Of a stretch of DNA of 21,366 nucleotides, positions 1-8,935 are shown in pieces. The notes under the pieces are model-generated. The model saw nothing but the letters and a program-made list of their open reading frames with translations. It searched no databases and had not been told where the DNA came from. This DNA is from a candidate division WOR-3 bacterium. GTDB taxonomy: Bacteria; Hydrothermota; UBA3072; B12-G15. The DNA lies in assembly GCA_965649055.1 (NCBI GenBank), contig CBFGJG010000031.1, positions 3,343 through 24,708 on the forward strand, read 5' to 3'. Made by a program: the position numbers and the translations under genes. Within the stretch, counting starts at the first letter, position 1. The number at the start of each line of letters is the position of its first letter.

Positions 1-623
1 TCTATATTTTCAATGTCAAATACATTTAATTCAATAATCGGAAATTTTAAATTTCTATTCAATAAAAGTATATAACCTCCTAAAGTAAACCCTGTATTTT
101 TGTTAAATAAAATGGAATACCATATCTTATAATTCTTAAAAGTAGTTGAAAAACCAATATCAAATCCAGAAGTAGAAATACTCTTTATATTGGTCTTGAT
201 TTCTCGAGTTGTATCTCTTTCAATCGCATATTTCATTTTATTAATATAATCTTTTATATTTATGCCAATATAAGTATTCTTATTAACAGGAAAAGAAAAA
301 TTAACAATGACAAAATTATTAAAATAATATGAGGTATCATAAATACTATTAGGAACGTCGATAAATGTATCAGAATAATTGTAAAAAGCATAACCTAAAT
401 ATATTTCTTTTTCTTCCACAATAAATTTTTTTGCGCCTATTGAGCCAAAAGCATATTTATCATTAGAATTACAAAAATAAAAATTTTTTATAACTATCAC
501 TGCATTTTCCAATGCTGATATATTCTGTGGAGTATAATAATTTGCTGAGAAACTTACATTTCCAAAAGGAGAACTTAAAAAATCCTTATTAAATTGACTT
601 ACCATAAAAATTAGGAATATCAT
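1..623 (-). CDS. Partial CDS running off the left edge; probable outer-membrane beta-barrel protein, weakly PorV/PorQ-like
   Basis: Not in the ORF track. Manual translation from ATG at 623 (SD AGGAGGT at 628-634) gives 207 codons with no stop: MIFLIFMVSQFNKDFLSSPFGNVSF...IYLGYAFYNYSDTF...FVIVNFSFPVNKNTYIGINIKDYINK...SGFDIGFSTTFKNYKIWYSILFN. Alternating aromatic/hydrophobic strands and the GINIK and FDIG segments suggest a barrel. The ORF is solid; the family call is tentative. Confidence 0.55.
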   Translation of the reverse strand, partial: MIFLIFMVSQFNKDFLSSPFGNVSFSANYYTPQNISALENAVIVIKNFYFCNSNDKYAFGSIGAKKFIVEEKEIYLGYAFYNYSDTFIDVPNSIYDTSYYFNNFVIVNFSFPVNKNTYIGINIKDYINKMKYAIERDTTREIKTNIKSISTSGFDIGFSTTFKNYKIWYSILFNKNTGFTLGGYILLLNRNLKFPIIELNVFDIENI

Positions 624-627
624 ATTT

Positions 628-634
628 ACCTCCT
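628..634 (-). promoter_or_regulatory. Shine-Dalgarno site (AGGAGGT) for the CDS starting at 623
   Basis: acctcct on the + strand, 4 nt upstream of the ATG. Confidence 0.8.
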
Positions 635-640
635 ATGTTT

Positions 641-913
641 TTATTTCCCAAATCTGCCACCACTCCTTCTATTCCCGCCATCTCCAGAAGTGTTATTTCT
701 ATTATTATCTTGTGGAGATGAAGAACCTGATGTTGGTTGTGAATTATCTTTTCCAGCATTAAAAATAATCTCTGCTATATTAGTTATTTTTTCCTTTATA
801 GTATCACCAAAGAACTTCCAGATAGTTATACTCGCAACTGCTACGAGTGCAACTATTAATATGTACTCTATCATTGTTTGTCCTAACTTTGAAAATTTTT
901 TTTGTATTTTCAT
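641..913 (-). CDS. flp: Flp-family pilin with a low-complexity C-terminal tail
   Basis: Class III signal KKFSKLG|QTMIEY with the Flp E5-Y6 motif, a hydrophobic helix, then a 37-aa S/G/N/R-rich tail. Start overlaps the upstream stop (ATGA at 910-913) and has a GGAGG SD. Confidence 0.88.
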   Translation of the reverse strand: MKIQKKFSKLGQTMIEYILIVALVAVASITIWKFFGDTIKEKITNIAEIIFNAGKDNSQPTSGSSSPQDNNRNNTSGDGGNRRSGGRFGK

Positions 914-2547
914 AATCCCTCCAATTTTTTTGATACTTTTTTTATTTTTTCAAGAATTTCATTATAAATTGATGCATCTTTATAATTAGTAAGCATCTTT
1001 AAAGCAGTCTCATAGTTATTAAGTGCTTCTTTATATTTATCCTTTGCAGCTTCTGAATTATAATAATTTTCTTCGTATTCTTTTCCCTCTTCAAACTTTG
1101 CATCACCTTTTTTTAAATATTCTTGGACTATATTATTTACTTGTTCCGGTATATTACCTTTTTCCTGTTTTCTAATTTCTGTTTCTTCTTTACTTTTTTC
1201 CTTTTTAGTTTGTGGGGGTGTTTTATCTTGTTTTTGGGCTTCAAATCCTAATAATACAACTTTTGGAATTTCAGTTAATTTTAGCCTTTCGTCAATTATC
1301 CTGGTATCAACAATGTTAGAAAATCGGTTTTTTATTTCTTTATAAAAATTCTCTGCTACCTTTAATTTTTTTTCATTTAATAATAAATGATCTCCAAATT
1401 CTATTGACTTATCAAAGAGATGTTTAATTTCGTCGTTATAAAGAGAAAATTTTAACAAAGTATCAAGTATAACAAGAAAATCTTTCATATAACTACTAGA
1501 TTGTTTGTTGAAAATTTTATTGAGTGAATCAAACAACAAACTCCTGTATTTTTTTTCAATAAGCATTTTTTCGTATTCATTTAATCTTTCCTTATTATAG
1601 AAAAACGTATCTTTTACGCTATTTATTAAAGATTCTGCCGTTATTATATATCCATCTTTTAAAGTTACTTCTATATATTTTAAAATATTCTCTTCCTTAT
1701 ATTTTTTTTCAAGCTCAACAATTTTATCCTCGATATTTTTTTCATACTTTATTTTCAATGAATTTTTATAAAAATCTATAGCAAGTAAATATTCCTTATT
1801 GTTTTCATATTCTTCTGCCTGTTTTATTAAATTATTGTAATTAGATATAATTTCTTTACTTTTTTCACTTTTATAAAGAAGAACTGATAATAAAAAGATC
1901 AAAAATATTATTACCAAAGAGAATCTTTTTATTTTTTGGGGCATAAAGATCTTTTGTGGAGAAATGTCCTTAACCAAAAAAATCATTTTCACGTCTCCAA
2001 ATTGGATTATGTCTTTATCATTCAATAAAGTTTCTTTATGCACATTTATATTATTAACAAATGTTCCGTTTCTGCTCCCTAAATCTTCAACATATACATT
2101 TTTACCTTTTACGACTATTCTTGCATGAAATTTTGAAACAGATGGGTCATCTATGAAAATATCGGATGATGGGCTTCTTCCAATATTTGCAGTATCAAAT
2201 AATATAAATTTTTCACCTTTTTTATTCCCATCAATAATATAAAGATATCCTATTATCTTTTCTTTTTCTACATACTGAATCTGTATTGTTAATCCGCCAA
2301 TATTTATAATATCTTCGTTTGATATATTTGCTTCTTCTACTCTCATTCCATTAAGTAATACTGATCCTTTTTCAGCACGAATATAATAGCCATTTTTACC
2401 CTTGATTATTGAGCAATGGATATCAGAAATATTTTCTTCCTTTATTACTATGGTATTTTTATTACCGTTTCCAATTGTTATTGTGTCTAATTCTGTTGAT
2501 AATTCTTTTATTTTATTATTTCCTTTATATATTTTCAGAATAATCAT
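910..2547 (-). CDS. Tandem FHA-FHA, single TM, extracytoplasmic TPR-like helical protein
   Basis: FHA2 is canonical (IGRSPSSDIFIDDPSVSKFHA...DLGSRNGTFVN). FHA1 is degenerate (IGNGNKNTIVIKEENISDIHC). TM is FSLVIIFLIFLLSVLLY. TPR-like helices include LIKQAEEYENNKEYLLAIDFYKNSLKI and AAKDKYKEALNNYETALKML. Confidence 0.85.
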   Translation of the reverse strand: MIILKIYKGNNKIKELSTELDTITIGNGNKNTIVIKEENISDIHCSIIKGKNGYYIRAEKGSVLLNGMRVEEANISNEDIINIGGLTIQIQYVEKEKIIGYLYIIDGNKKGEKFILFDTANIGRSPSSDIFIDDPSVSKFHARIVVKGKNVYVEDLGSRNGTFVNNINVHKETLLNDKDIIQFGDVKMIFLVKDISPQKIFMPQKIKRFSLVIIFLIFLLSVLLYKSEKSKEIISNYNNLIKQAEEYENNKEYLLAIDFYKNSLKIKYEKNIEDKIVELEKKYKEENILKYIEVTLKDGYIITAESLINSVKDTFFYNKERLNEYEKMLIEKKYRSLLFDSLNKIFNKQSSSYMKDFLVILDTLLKFSLYNDEIKHLFDKSIEFGDHLLLNEKKLKVAENFYKEIKNRFSNIVDTRIIDERLKLTEIPKVVLLGFEAQKQDKTPPQTKKEKSKEETEIRKQEKGNIPEQVNNIVQEYLKKGDAKFEEGKEYEENYYNSEAAKDKYKEALNNYETALKMLTNYKDASIYNEILEKIKKVSKKLEGL

Positions 2548-2549
2548 CT

Positions 2550-3560
2550 TTATAATCCTTCTTTTAGCTTTAATATTTCTTTATAGTATTTACTATTTAA
2601 ATCATTATCAATGTATAAAATTACTTCATTTATTAAATCGTTAGCCATTTGATTATCACCTAATACTATATTTCTGTTAATTTCGTCAAAAAATTTTTTT
2701 AAAAATTTATCAAGTGAATCTTCAATGAACTTTCTAACATTATATATGTTTTCTCTATCCACATCTGAAATATTGATATTTTTAGAAACTGATTCAATAC
2801 TTGAAAATTTTTTATACGCCCTATAAAGATAATTTTTATTTGAAGGACTAAATCCATAGAAATAATTGAGCCCAGATTCAATATCATCTTTTAAAACAGA
2901 AATCTTTTTTACTTCTATAATAACATTGTCAATATTATCTATGTTGGTTTTTTGTTGCTCCTGTTTTGATATTATTTCTTTACTATTTTCCTGGCTTTTT
3001 TTATTCGGTGAGAACAATACAGATAATATTAAAAATATAAAAATGATAAGAGGTATGCTTAAAATTAATTTTTTATTTATTTTTTTATCTTCTTTTTTTA
3101 CTTTAATTTTTTCTGCAACATTTTCATATTTTTCTTCTCTAAAAACTTTTTCATCCAGAATCATAGTTTTAGGTATCTCTTCTTTTTGTTCCATAAGAAA
3201 TATTTTCTCTTCAGCTGTTACATCTGCTGTATTTTCCTTTCTTAATTCATTCTTGCTCTCTTCACTTATTTTCTTAAATCTTAATACAAATATGCCTATT
3301 TCAATTATATCGTTAGGGTGTAAAGGAACTTTCTCTTTATTTATAAATTTTCCATTAACATAAGTCCCATTTTTACTTTTGTCAACAAGCTCATATTTAT
3401 CATCTATTTTAACAATGAAGCACTGATGTCTTGATATTGTTCCATCAGTTAAAACTAAATCATTATCTTCAGCCCTTCCAATACTAAAATTGTCTTTATT
3501 TATTTCAATTATTTCCCCTTTTCTTTTTCCTTTGGTTATTTCAAGAACAAATTTATCCAC
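2550..3560 (-). CDS. FHA-domain single-pass membrane protein
   Basis: N-terminal FHA (SIGRAEDNDLVLTDGTISRHQC...DKSKNGTYVNG), charged linker, TM LILSIPLIIFIFLILSVLF, helical C-terminus. Confidence 0.85.
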   Translation of the reverse strand: MDKFVLEITKGKRKGEIIEINKDNFSIGRAEDNDLVLTDGTISRHQCFIVKIDDKYELVDKSKNGTYVNGKFINKEKVPLHPNDIIEIGIFVLRFKKISEESKNELRKENTADVTAEEKIFLMEQKEEIPKTMILDEKVFREEKYENVAEKIKVKKEDKKINKKLILSIPLIIFIFLILSVLFSPNKKSQENSKEIISKQEQQKTNIDNIDNVIIEVKKISVLKDDIESGLNYFYGFSPSNKNYLYRAYKKFSSIESVSKNINISDVDRENIYNVRKFIEDSLDKFLKKFFDEINRNIVLGDNQMANDLINEVILYIDNDLNSKYYKEILKLKEGL

Positions 3561-3900
3561 AGTTCTCTTCCTCCTCTATTATTTTTACTTTTTCATGGAT
3601 AGGAATTTCTATTAATTCATTTGAAAAACATTCTATACAATTCGCAGAGTTTAATGTTCCAAATATAAACCTTTTAGGAGGAACTTCTTTTATTTTTTTC
3701 ACTATTACATTTCTTTTCGAAAGAAAATATACATCAATATTTTCTCTCATAAAAAAGGTATGAATTGATGAACAATTTGGGAAATAATATAATCTTTTAT
3801 CTGGATTTCTTCCAATAAGACCTAAGAGTTTCTCAAAAAATCCATTTAAAATTATTATCTCCATTTGCTTTTCTCCAACAAAAAGTTTACCTTTTCTCAT
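3553..3900 (-). CDS. DUF192 family protein
   Basis: FFEKLLGLIGR and FPNCSSIHTFFMRENIDVYFL match the DUF192 pattern, a family often found beside tad genes. The track start at 3903 is TTG; ATG at 3900 (TGATG overlap with tadC) or at 3864 (GGAG SD) is more likely. Confidence 0.8.
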   Translation of the reverse strand: MRKGKLFVGEKQMEIIILNGFFEKLLGLIGRNPDKRLYYFPNCSSIHTFFMRENIDVYFLSKRNVIVKKIKEVPPKRFIFGTLNSANCIECFSNELIEIPIHEKVKIIEEEENCG

Positions 3901-4769
3901 CAAAATAATCCTGATTTAACAAGCATAAAAAATACAGGCCCTAATATTATAATAAATGTAGCAGGAAAAATAAATAAAACAAGTGGAATAGTCATTTTAG
4001 CAGGTGCTTCGTTTGCAAGTTTTTCTGCTCTATTAAATCTTTTTAATCTTATTTCTTCAGATAGAGACCTTAATATTGCACCTAAACTTGCTCCCAATTC
4101 ATCTGCTTGAATTATTGAGGTTGTAAAAGATATTGCTTCTTCCAAGTTAACTCTTCTTGCAAATTCTTTTAGTGCTTCTTTCCTTGTTTTCCCTAAAGAA
4201 AGCTGTGAGATTAATCTTTCAAGTTCCTTTTTCAACGCATTTTCTGGAATCCTTGGCAATATCTTTTTTAAAGCAGTATTGAATTCCAAACCTGCTTCTA
4301 CGACAAGCACAAGAAGATCCAAAAAATTTGAAAAATTTTTGACAATTTCTCTTTCTCTCATTTGAGTTCTTGAACTAATAATTAAATCTGGGTATGAAAA
4401 AAGTAGAGTTCCAAAAACAATAAATGTTAAAAACCAAACACTTATATCGAGATGAAGATTTAAAAGTAGCTTAAAATATAATAATAATATTGGAGCTGTT
4501 AAAAATAACAGTATTTTTATAGAGATAAAATCTTCGAAAGTTATTTCATCTTCGAGACCGCTCCAAATAAGTTTCTGCTTTATTGTCTCTCTATATATAG
4601 GATTTTTAATTTTACTTGTATAAATGTTGATAAATGGAATTAAGGGTCTGTATAATGAAAATAAAATAATCTTATACCTTCTTTTTGTTTTTATCTCCTC
4701 TGTTGGAATCAAATTATATGTTAATAGAAATATTGATATAAAAAAAAGAATATAAATTATAAATAGCAT
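3900..4769 (-). CDS. tadC: Tad inner-membrane platform protein TadC (T2SSF domain)
   Basis: FLDLLVLVVEAGLEFNTAL, LGKTRKEAL, IIQADELGASLGAILR, AEKLANEAPAKMTIPLVLFIFPA; lies directly after tadB; GGAGG SD. Confidence 0.93.
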   Translation of the reverse strand: MLFIIYILFFISIFLLTYNLIPTEEIKTKRRYKIILFSLYRPLIPFINIYTSKIKNPIYRETIKQKLIWSGLEDEITFEDFISIKILLFLTAPILLLYFKLLLNLHLDISVWFLTFIVFGTLLFSYPDLIISSRTQMREREIVKNFSNFLDLLVLVVEAGLEFNTALKKILPRIPENALKKELERLISQLSLGKTRKEALKEFARRVNLEEAISFTTSIIQADELGASLGAILRSLSEEIRLKRFNRAEKLANEAPAKMTIPLVLFIFPATFIIILGPVFFMLVKSGLF

Positions 4770-4778
4770 CGTTCCTCC

Positions 4779-5624
4779 TTAAACTTCTATTGTTGTTATT
4801 TTTTTTATGAAGAAAAAACCTATTATTTCTAAAATTATTCCAAAAGTTATCACAATTTTACCTATAAGATCTTCTATAAAAGGCATCATTATATCAGGAG
4901 CTAACATTGCAATTACAAAACCAAGTAGGAAAGGCATTATTGCAGTAAGAATTCCCTGAAATTTTCCCAAACTTGTCAATGCATCGAGTTTTCTCATAAG
5001 CTGATTCCTCTCCCTCATTGTCTTTTCAATTCTTTCAAAGACTTCTGATATTCTTCCTCCTGTTTCCTGAGATAAAGCAGTTGCTGAAATAACTATATTT
5101 AAATCTTCGCTGGGAATTCTTTTTTTAAGTTTTTCAAGTGCTTCTATAAAAGGGGTTCCAAGTTGAACTGCTTTTAGAACAAGTCCAAATTCTTGTGAGA
5201 TTGGCGGGGACATCTCTTTTACTACTGTTTCAAGTGCACGATTTAGACTTACACCTGCTTTCAATGAACTTGTAAAAAGTGCAAGGGCATCAACTAACTG
5301 GTCATCAAATTTCTTAAGCCTCCTTTTTTTCGCTAATTCTGAAAATATTTTTGGTGAAAAAAATGTAAATGCTCCAAGAACAAGGCCTAAGAAATAATTT
5401 CTAAAAATTATAGTAAAAAAGAGAAAAATTATTACAGCACCTATAAGTGTCCATTTAAAAATAAACTTTGGATCAATTTCCATAAAAAGAGAATCAAGGT
5501 CTTGAATCATTTTTTCATTAAGTGTTTTTACAACTTTATCAATAAGTTCAAATATAAGTTTTATAAATAAAAAAACTGTTCCAAACACAATACCATAAAT
5601 GATGAATTCAATTATTATATACAT
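4779..5624 (-). CDS. tadB: Tad inner-membrane platform protein TadB (T2SSF domain)
   Basis: FDDQLVDALALFTSSLKAGVSLNRAL, PPISQEF, ETGGRISEVF, RERNQLMRKLDALT. Start moved from 5663 to ATG 5624 (MYIIIEF), which has a GGGAGG SD and avoids overlap with cpaF. Confidence 0.93.
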   Translation of the reverse strand: MYIIIEFIIYGIVFGTVFLFIKLIFELIDKVVKTLNEKMIQDLDSLFMEIDPKFIFKWTLIGAVIIFLFFTIIFRNYFLGLVLGAFTFFSPKIFSELAKKRRLKKFDDQLVDALALFTSSLKAGVSLNRALETVVKEMSPPISQEFGLVLKAVQLGTPFIEALEKLKKRIPSEDLNIVISATALSQETGGRISEVFERIEKTMRERNQLMRKLDALTSLGKFQGILTAIMPFLLGFVIAMLAPDIMMPFIEDLIGKIVITFGIILEIIGFFFIKKITTIEV

Positions 5625-5628
5625 TTTA

Positions 5629-7182
5629 TCAACCTCCCTGGAATAAATTATATGGGACCTCAATTTGTTTTTGCTTTAATTCTTCGAAAAATCTCGGGAC
5701 TATTCCTGTTGCCTCAAAATTTCCAATAACCCTTTTATTCTCATCAATCCCTTTTTGTCTAAAAATAAATATATCTTGTGTTAGGATTGTCTGCCCTTCT
5801 AATCCACATATCTCTGTAATGTTTGTGACTTTTCTTGAACCATCAGGGAACCTTGATAAATGAATAATGATGTCAATCGCCGATGCTATCTGCTCTTTTA
5901 TTGCTCTCTCAGGAAGTTCCGTTCCTGCAAATAAAACCAATGTTGCAAGTCTTGACAAAGCATCTCTTGGAGAATTTGCATGGATTGTAGAAAGAGAACC
6001 ATCATGACCAGTATTCATTGCTTGCAGCATATCAAGTGCTTCTCCACCTCTTACCTCTCCAACTATAATTCTGTCAGGTCTCATTCTAAGTGAGTTTTTT
6101 ACCAGCTCCCTTATCGTTACCTCTCCTAATCCTTCTATATTTGGTGGTCTTGCTTCAAGTCTTATAACATGGGGCTGAGATAATTTTAATTCAGCGGAAT
6201 CTTCTATAGTAATAATTCTTTCATCTGGTGGGATAAAACTTGAGAGAACATTTAAGAATGTTGTTTTTCCTGTGCCTGTTCCACCTGAAACAAGTATATT
6301 TTTTCTATATTTTACCGCTATAGATAAAAATTTTATCATATTTTCTGATAGTGCTCCAAGAGACAATAAATCCTTTTCAGTCATTCTTCTTTTAGGAAAT
6401 TTTCGGATAGTTACAACTGGTCCTATCAGTGATATTGGGGGGATTATTACATTAACCCTTGAACCATCTTTAAGTCTCGCATCAACATAAGGTTGGGATT
6501 CATCAACTCTTCTTCCAATGGTTGAAACTATTTTATTTATAACATTTTTTAAACTTTCAACATCGGTGAATCTGCTTTCAGTCAAGTAAATCTTACCATC
6601 TTTTTCAATATATATTTTATCAGGACCATTAACCATAATTTCTGTTACTTCTTCATCATTTAAGTAATCTTCAATTGGGCCTAAACCTAACAAATCATCT
6701 TTTAATTTCTTTATAATTATCTTTCTATCTATTCCGGCAGGTAATTTTATTTCTTCCATGATTTCTCTAATCATTGAATCAACGTATTTTGACTTTTGCT
6801 CATCATCAAACGATTCAAGGTTTATTTTTTTTATATTTTGAATGTCTATAATTTTTGTCTTTATATTTCTCAATAACTCGTTTATTTTATCATCATCTTT
6901 CACCTTTCCTAATAAAATCTTATACGAACCTATTTGAATAACAGAATTTTCATTTAATTGAATTTCGGTATTATTAATTCTTTTTCCATCAACTATACTT
7001 CCATTTCTACTTTTATCCACATAGTATATCTTTCCATCCATATTCTTTATTTCTCCATGAAATGATGACACTATAGGTTCGCTTATTATTATGTCATTAC
7101 TTGTATCTCTCCCTATTTTACATATTTCTCTAAGAATTATCTCTTTTTGTTTATTATCCGAACTTATTACTATTATCTTCAT
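5629..7182 (-). CDS. cpaF: CpaF/TadA pilus assembly ATPase with an N-terminal FHA domain
   Basis: LGLGPIE, EIMVNG, PYVDARLKDGSRVN, Walker A GGTGTGKTT, TIEDSAEL, LRMRPDRIIVGEVRG, TGHDGSLSTIHANS. The first ~90 aa form an FHA (KIGRDTSNDIIISEPIVSSFHG...DKSRNGSIVDG). Confidence 0.96.
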   Translation of the reverse strand: MKIIVISSDNKQKEIILREICKIGRDTSNDIIISEPIVSSFHGEIKNMDGKIYYVDKSRNGSIVDGKRINNTEIQLNENSVIQIGSYKILLGKVKDDDKINELLRNIKTKIIDIQNIKKINLESFDDEQKSKYVDSMIREIMEEIKLPAGIDRKIIIKKLKDDLLGLGPIEDYLNDEEVTEIMVNGPDKIYIEKDGKIYLTESRFTDVESLKNVINKIVSTIGRRVDESQPYVDARLKDGSRVNVIIPPISLIGPVVTIRKFPKRRMTEKDLLSLGALSENMIKFLSIAVKYRKNILVSGGTGTGKTTFLNVLSSFIPPDERIITIEDSAELKLSQPHVIRLEARPPNIEGLGEVTIRELVKNSLRMRPDRIIVGEVRGGEALDMLQAMNTGHDGSLSTIHANSPRDALSRLATLVLFAGTELPERAIKEQIASAIDIIIHLSRFPDGSRKVTNITEICGLEGQTILTQDIFIFRQKGIDENKRVIGNFEATGIVPRFFEELKQKQIEVPYNLFQGG

Positions 7183-8165
7183 TATTCTTTCATTTTCTTT
7201 TCGTATACTTTATTGTCAATTTCTGTAGCTGGAACAGTTATAGATAAGACCAAGTAAAGAATTTTTTTCTCATTAATATTTTTGAAGAAAGGAAAAGGTA
7301 TAATACAACCACTTCTTGCATTAGACTCTATTCCCTCGTATTCAAATCCTCCAATGCAAATAGATTTATTTGGCTTAATGGTTAACTTTGATGAATAATA
7401 TTTCTTTAAATATCCCACCTGGCCACTTGGTAGTGGAGATGAAAAGTCAGGTTTACTAACTTCAAATTCAATATTGGCAGAAACATTTCCATCTAATCTT
7501 AATTCAGGTGAAACCTTAATAATTACACCATAAGGTTTAAACTCTATACCTACCCCATCTTTTGTTGAATATTGATATGGAACTTCTCCACCTATCTGAA
7601 ATTTACATTCTCCTTTATTTTCAACAAGAAAAGAAGGATAAGATTTAATATCTGCTTTACCTGAAATAACCCAATAATTCAGAATGTCAGAAATCTTAGA
7701 AAGATCCAATTGAACACCCCAATTTAGAGCATTTGCATCAAAACCAATGCTTGCATCTTTAACAATCCCAAAAAGGTCTGCCTTAAATTCATCACCACTA
7801 CTTTTATCAAGTATAACTATTGTAGCATCAACTCTGAAAAGCTGGGGAGAAACTTTATAATCTATAAGGTCAATAACCTGACTTCCGTATACTTTCAAAA
7901 TTTCTTTTACTTTTAACATTGAAGATTCTGTCTTAATAGTTCCCTTAACTACTACAATATGTTCACCAATAGTGCTTACTATAAGGCCTGATACATATTC
8001 ATCTAAAAGCCTTCTTAATTCTTCATCTATCTCCCTTGACTTTCTCTGTGGAACAGTCACTGGCTTTTGCGTCTGGGGTTGCTGCTGTTCAGTTCCACCA
8101 AATGTTACCTGTGAAAATAAAGGAAGTATACAGATAAAAACCAATAAAATTAATACTCTTTTCAT
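7182..8165 (-). CDS. cpaC: RcpA/CpaC-type secretin, unusually short
   Basis: Signal peptide, a BON/N3-like segment (IVVVKGTIKT...VIDLI), then secretin motifs FQIGGEVPY, IEFKPYGVIIKVSP, FEVSKPD, SICIGG. Sits between cpaB and cpaF. Confidence 0.85.
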   Translation of the reverse strand: MKRVLILLVFICILPLFSQVTFGGTEQQQPQTQKPVTVPQRKSREIDEELRRLLDEYVSGLIVSTIGEHIVVVKGTIKTESSMLKVKEILKVYGSQVIDLIDYKVSPQLFRVDATIVILDKSSGDEFKADLFGIVKDASIGFDANALNWGVQLDLSKISDILNYWVISGKADIKSYPSFLVENKGECKFQIGGEVPYQYSTKDGVGIEFKPYGVIIKVSPELRLDGNVSANIEFEVSKPDFSSPLPSGQVGYLKKYYSSKLTIKPNKSICIGGFEYEGIESNARSGCIIPFPFFKNINEKKILYLVLSITVPATEIDNKVYEKKMKE

Positions 8166-8167
8166 TA

Positions 8168-8923
8168 TTACCTCCTTCTTTTTAAACTAAGGTTTTCTGC
8201 GTCCATCCAGAGATCTGTAAATTTTATTCCCTGGGATGATTTACCTATTATTTTTATATCTTCAGGATTCCTTAATACAAATGTAAATCTTCCATTTGCA
8301 GCGTCCCTTATAAATGTAATTATTTCAGCTTCTTCTTTTGTCACCTCAATTGTAATTGTTCCATATCTGTTTGCAAAGAAACCATATGTGGGTTCAAGAA
8401 TATTCCCAATTGCAAGGACCTTTACATTTTCTAATAATGTCCAAGATTTAATTTCAAGTGATTGTGGTCTTTGTGCGGTAATTATTATATCTACTCTATC
8501 ACCCGGTTGAATAAATCCAGCGTTTCCTGTAACTTCATCAACAGGAAGAGTGATAGAACGCCATACATTATTATCACTTGGTCTGGAAATTTTATCAGAA
8601 AATCTTGGGACAGTAATAAAACCACCTATTGAATGAACAGGTATTATTGTCCCGCTTCTGATAAAAGAAACTGCTGTCTTGCCTACAATATCTCCTATCT
8701 TTCTTTTATCAATGTAATCCAAACCTGCAGGTAAATCAACTGCTTTTTCTTCAACCATATTTCTATCAATAATTGTTCCAGCTTCTATATCCCTTTTTGC
8801 CACAAAAACCGTTATCCTTGTTTTCTTTATTTCCTTCAATTTGCTATTTATGTAAAACCTTACAATAAATACACTCATAATAGCAAGTATAAATGCAAGA
8901 ATGAGCCTCTGACTCTGTTTCAT
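8168..8923 (-). CDS. cpaB: Flp pilus assembly protein CpaB/RcpC
   Basis: N-terminal TM, SAF domain (VFVAKRDIEAGTII...IVGKTA), RSITLPVDEVTGNAGFIQPGDRVDII, LLENVKVLAIG, TITIEVT, FVLRNPED. Confidence 0.93.
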   Translation of the reverse strand: MKQSQRLILAFILAIMSVFIVRFYINSKLKEIKKTRITVFVAKRDIEAGTIIDRNMVEEKAVDLPAGLDYIDKRKIGDIVGKTAVSFIRSGTIIPVHSIGGFITVPRFSDKISRPSDNNVWRSITLPVDEVTGNAGFIQPGDRVDIIITAQRPQSLEIKSWTLLENVKVLAIGNILEPTYGFFANRYGTITIEVTKEEAEIITFIRDAANGRFTFVLRNPEDIKIIGKSSQGIKFTDLWMDAENLSLKRRR

Positions 8924-8935
8924 ATATCCTCCTTT

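Noticed and set aside
2699..2887. 62-aa minus-strand ORF nested in the FHA gene
   Set aside because: Out-of-frame shadow inside a longer gene, with no motif or clear SD.
5629..8165. Type II secretion or type IVa pilus reading of the secretin and ATPase
   Set aside because: The ATPase has CpaF-type motifs and is accompanied by CpaB, TadB/TadC and Flp pilins, with no PilM/N/O or GspL/M.
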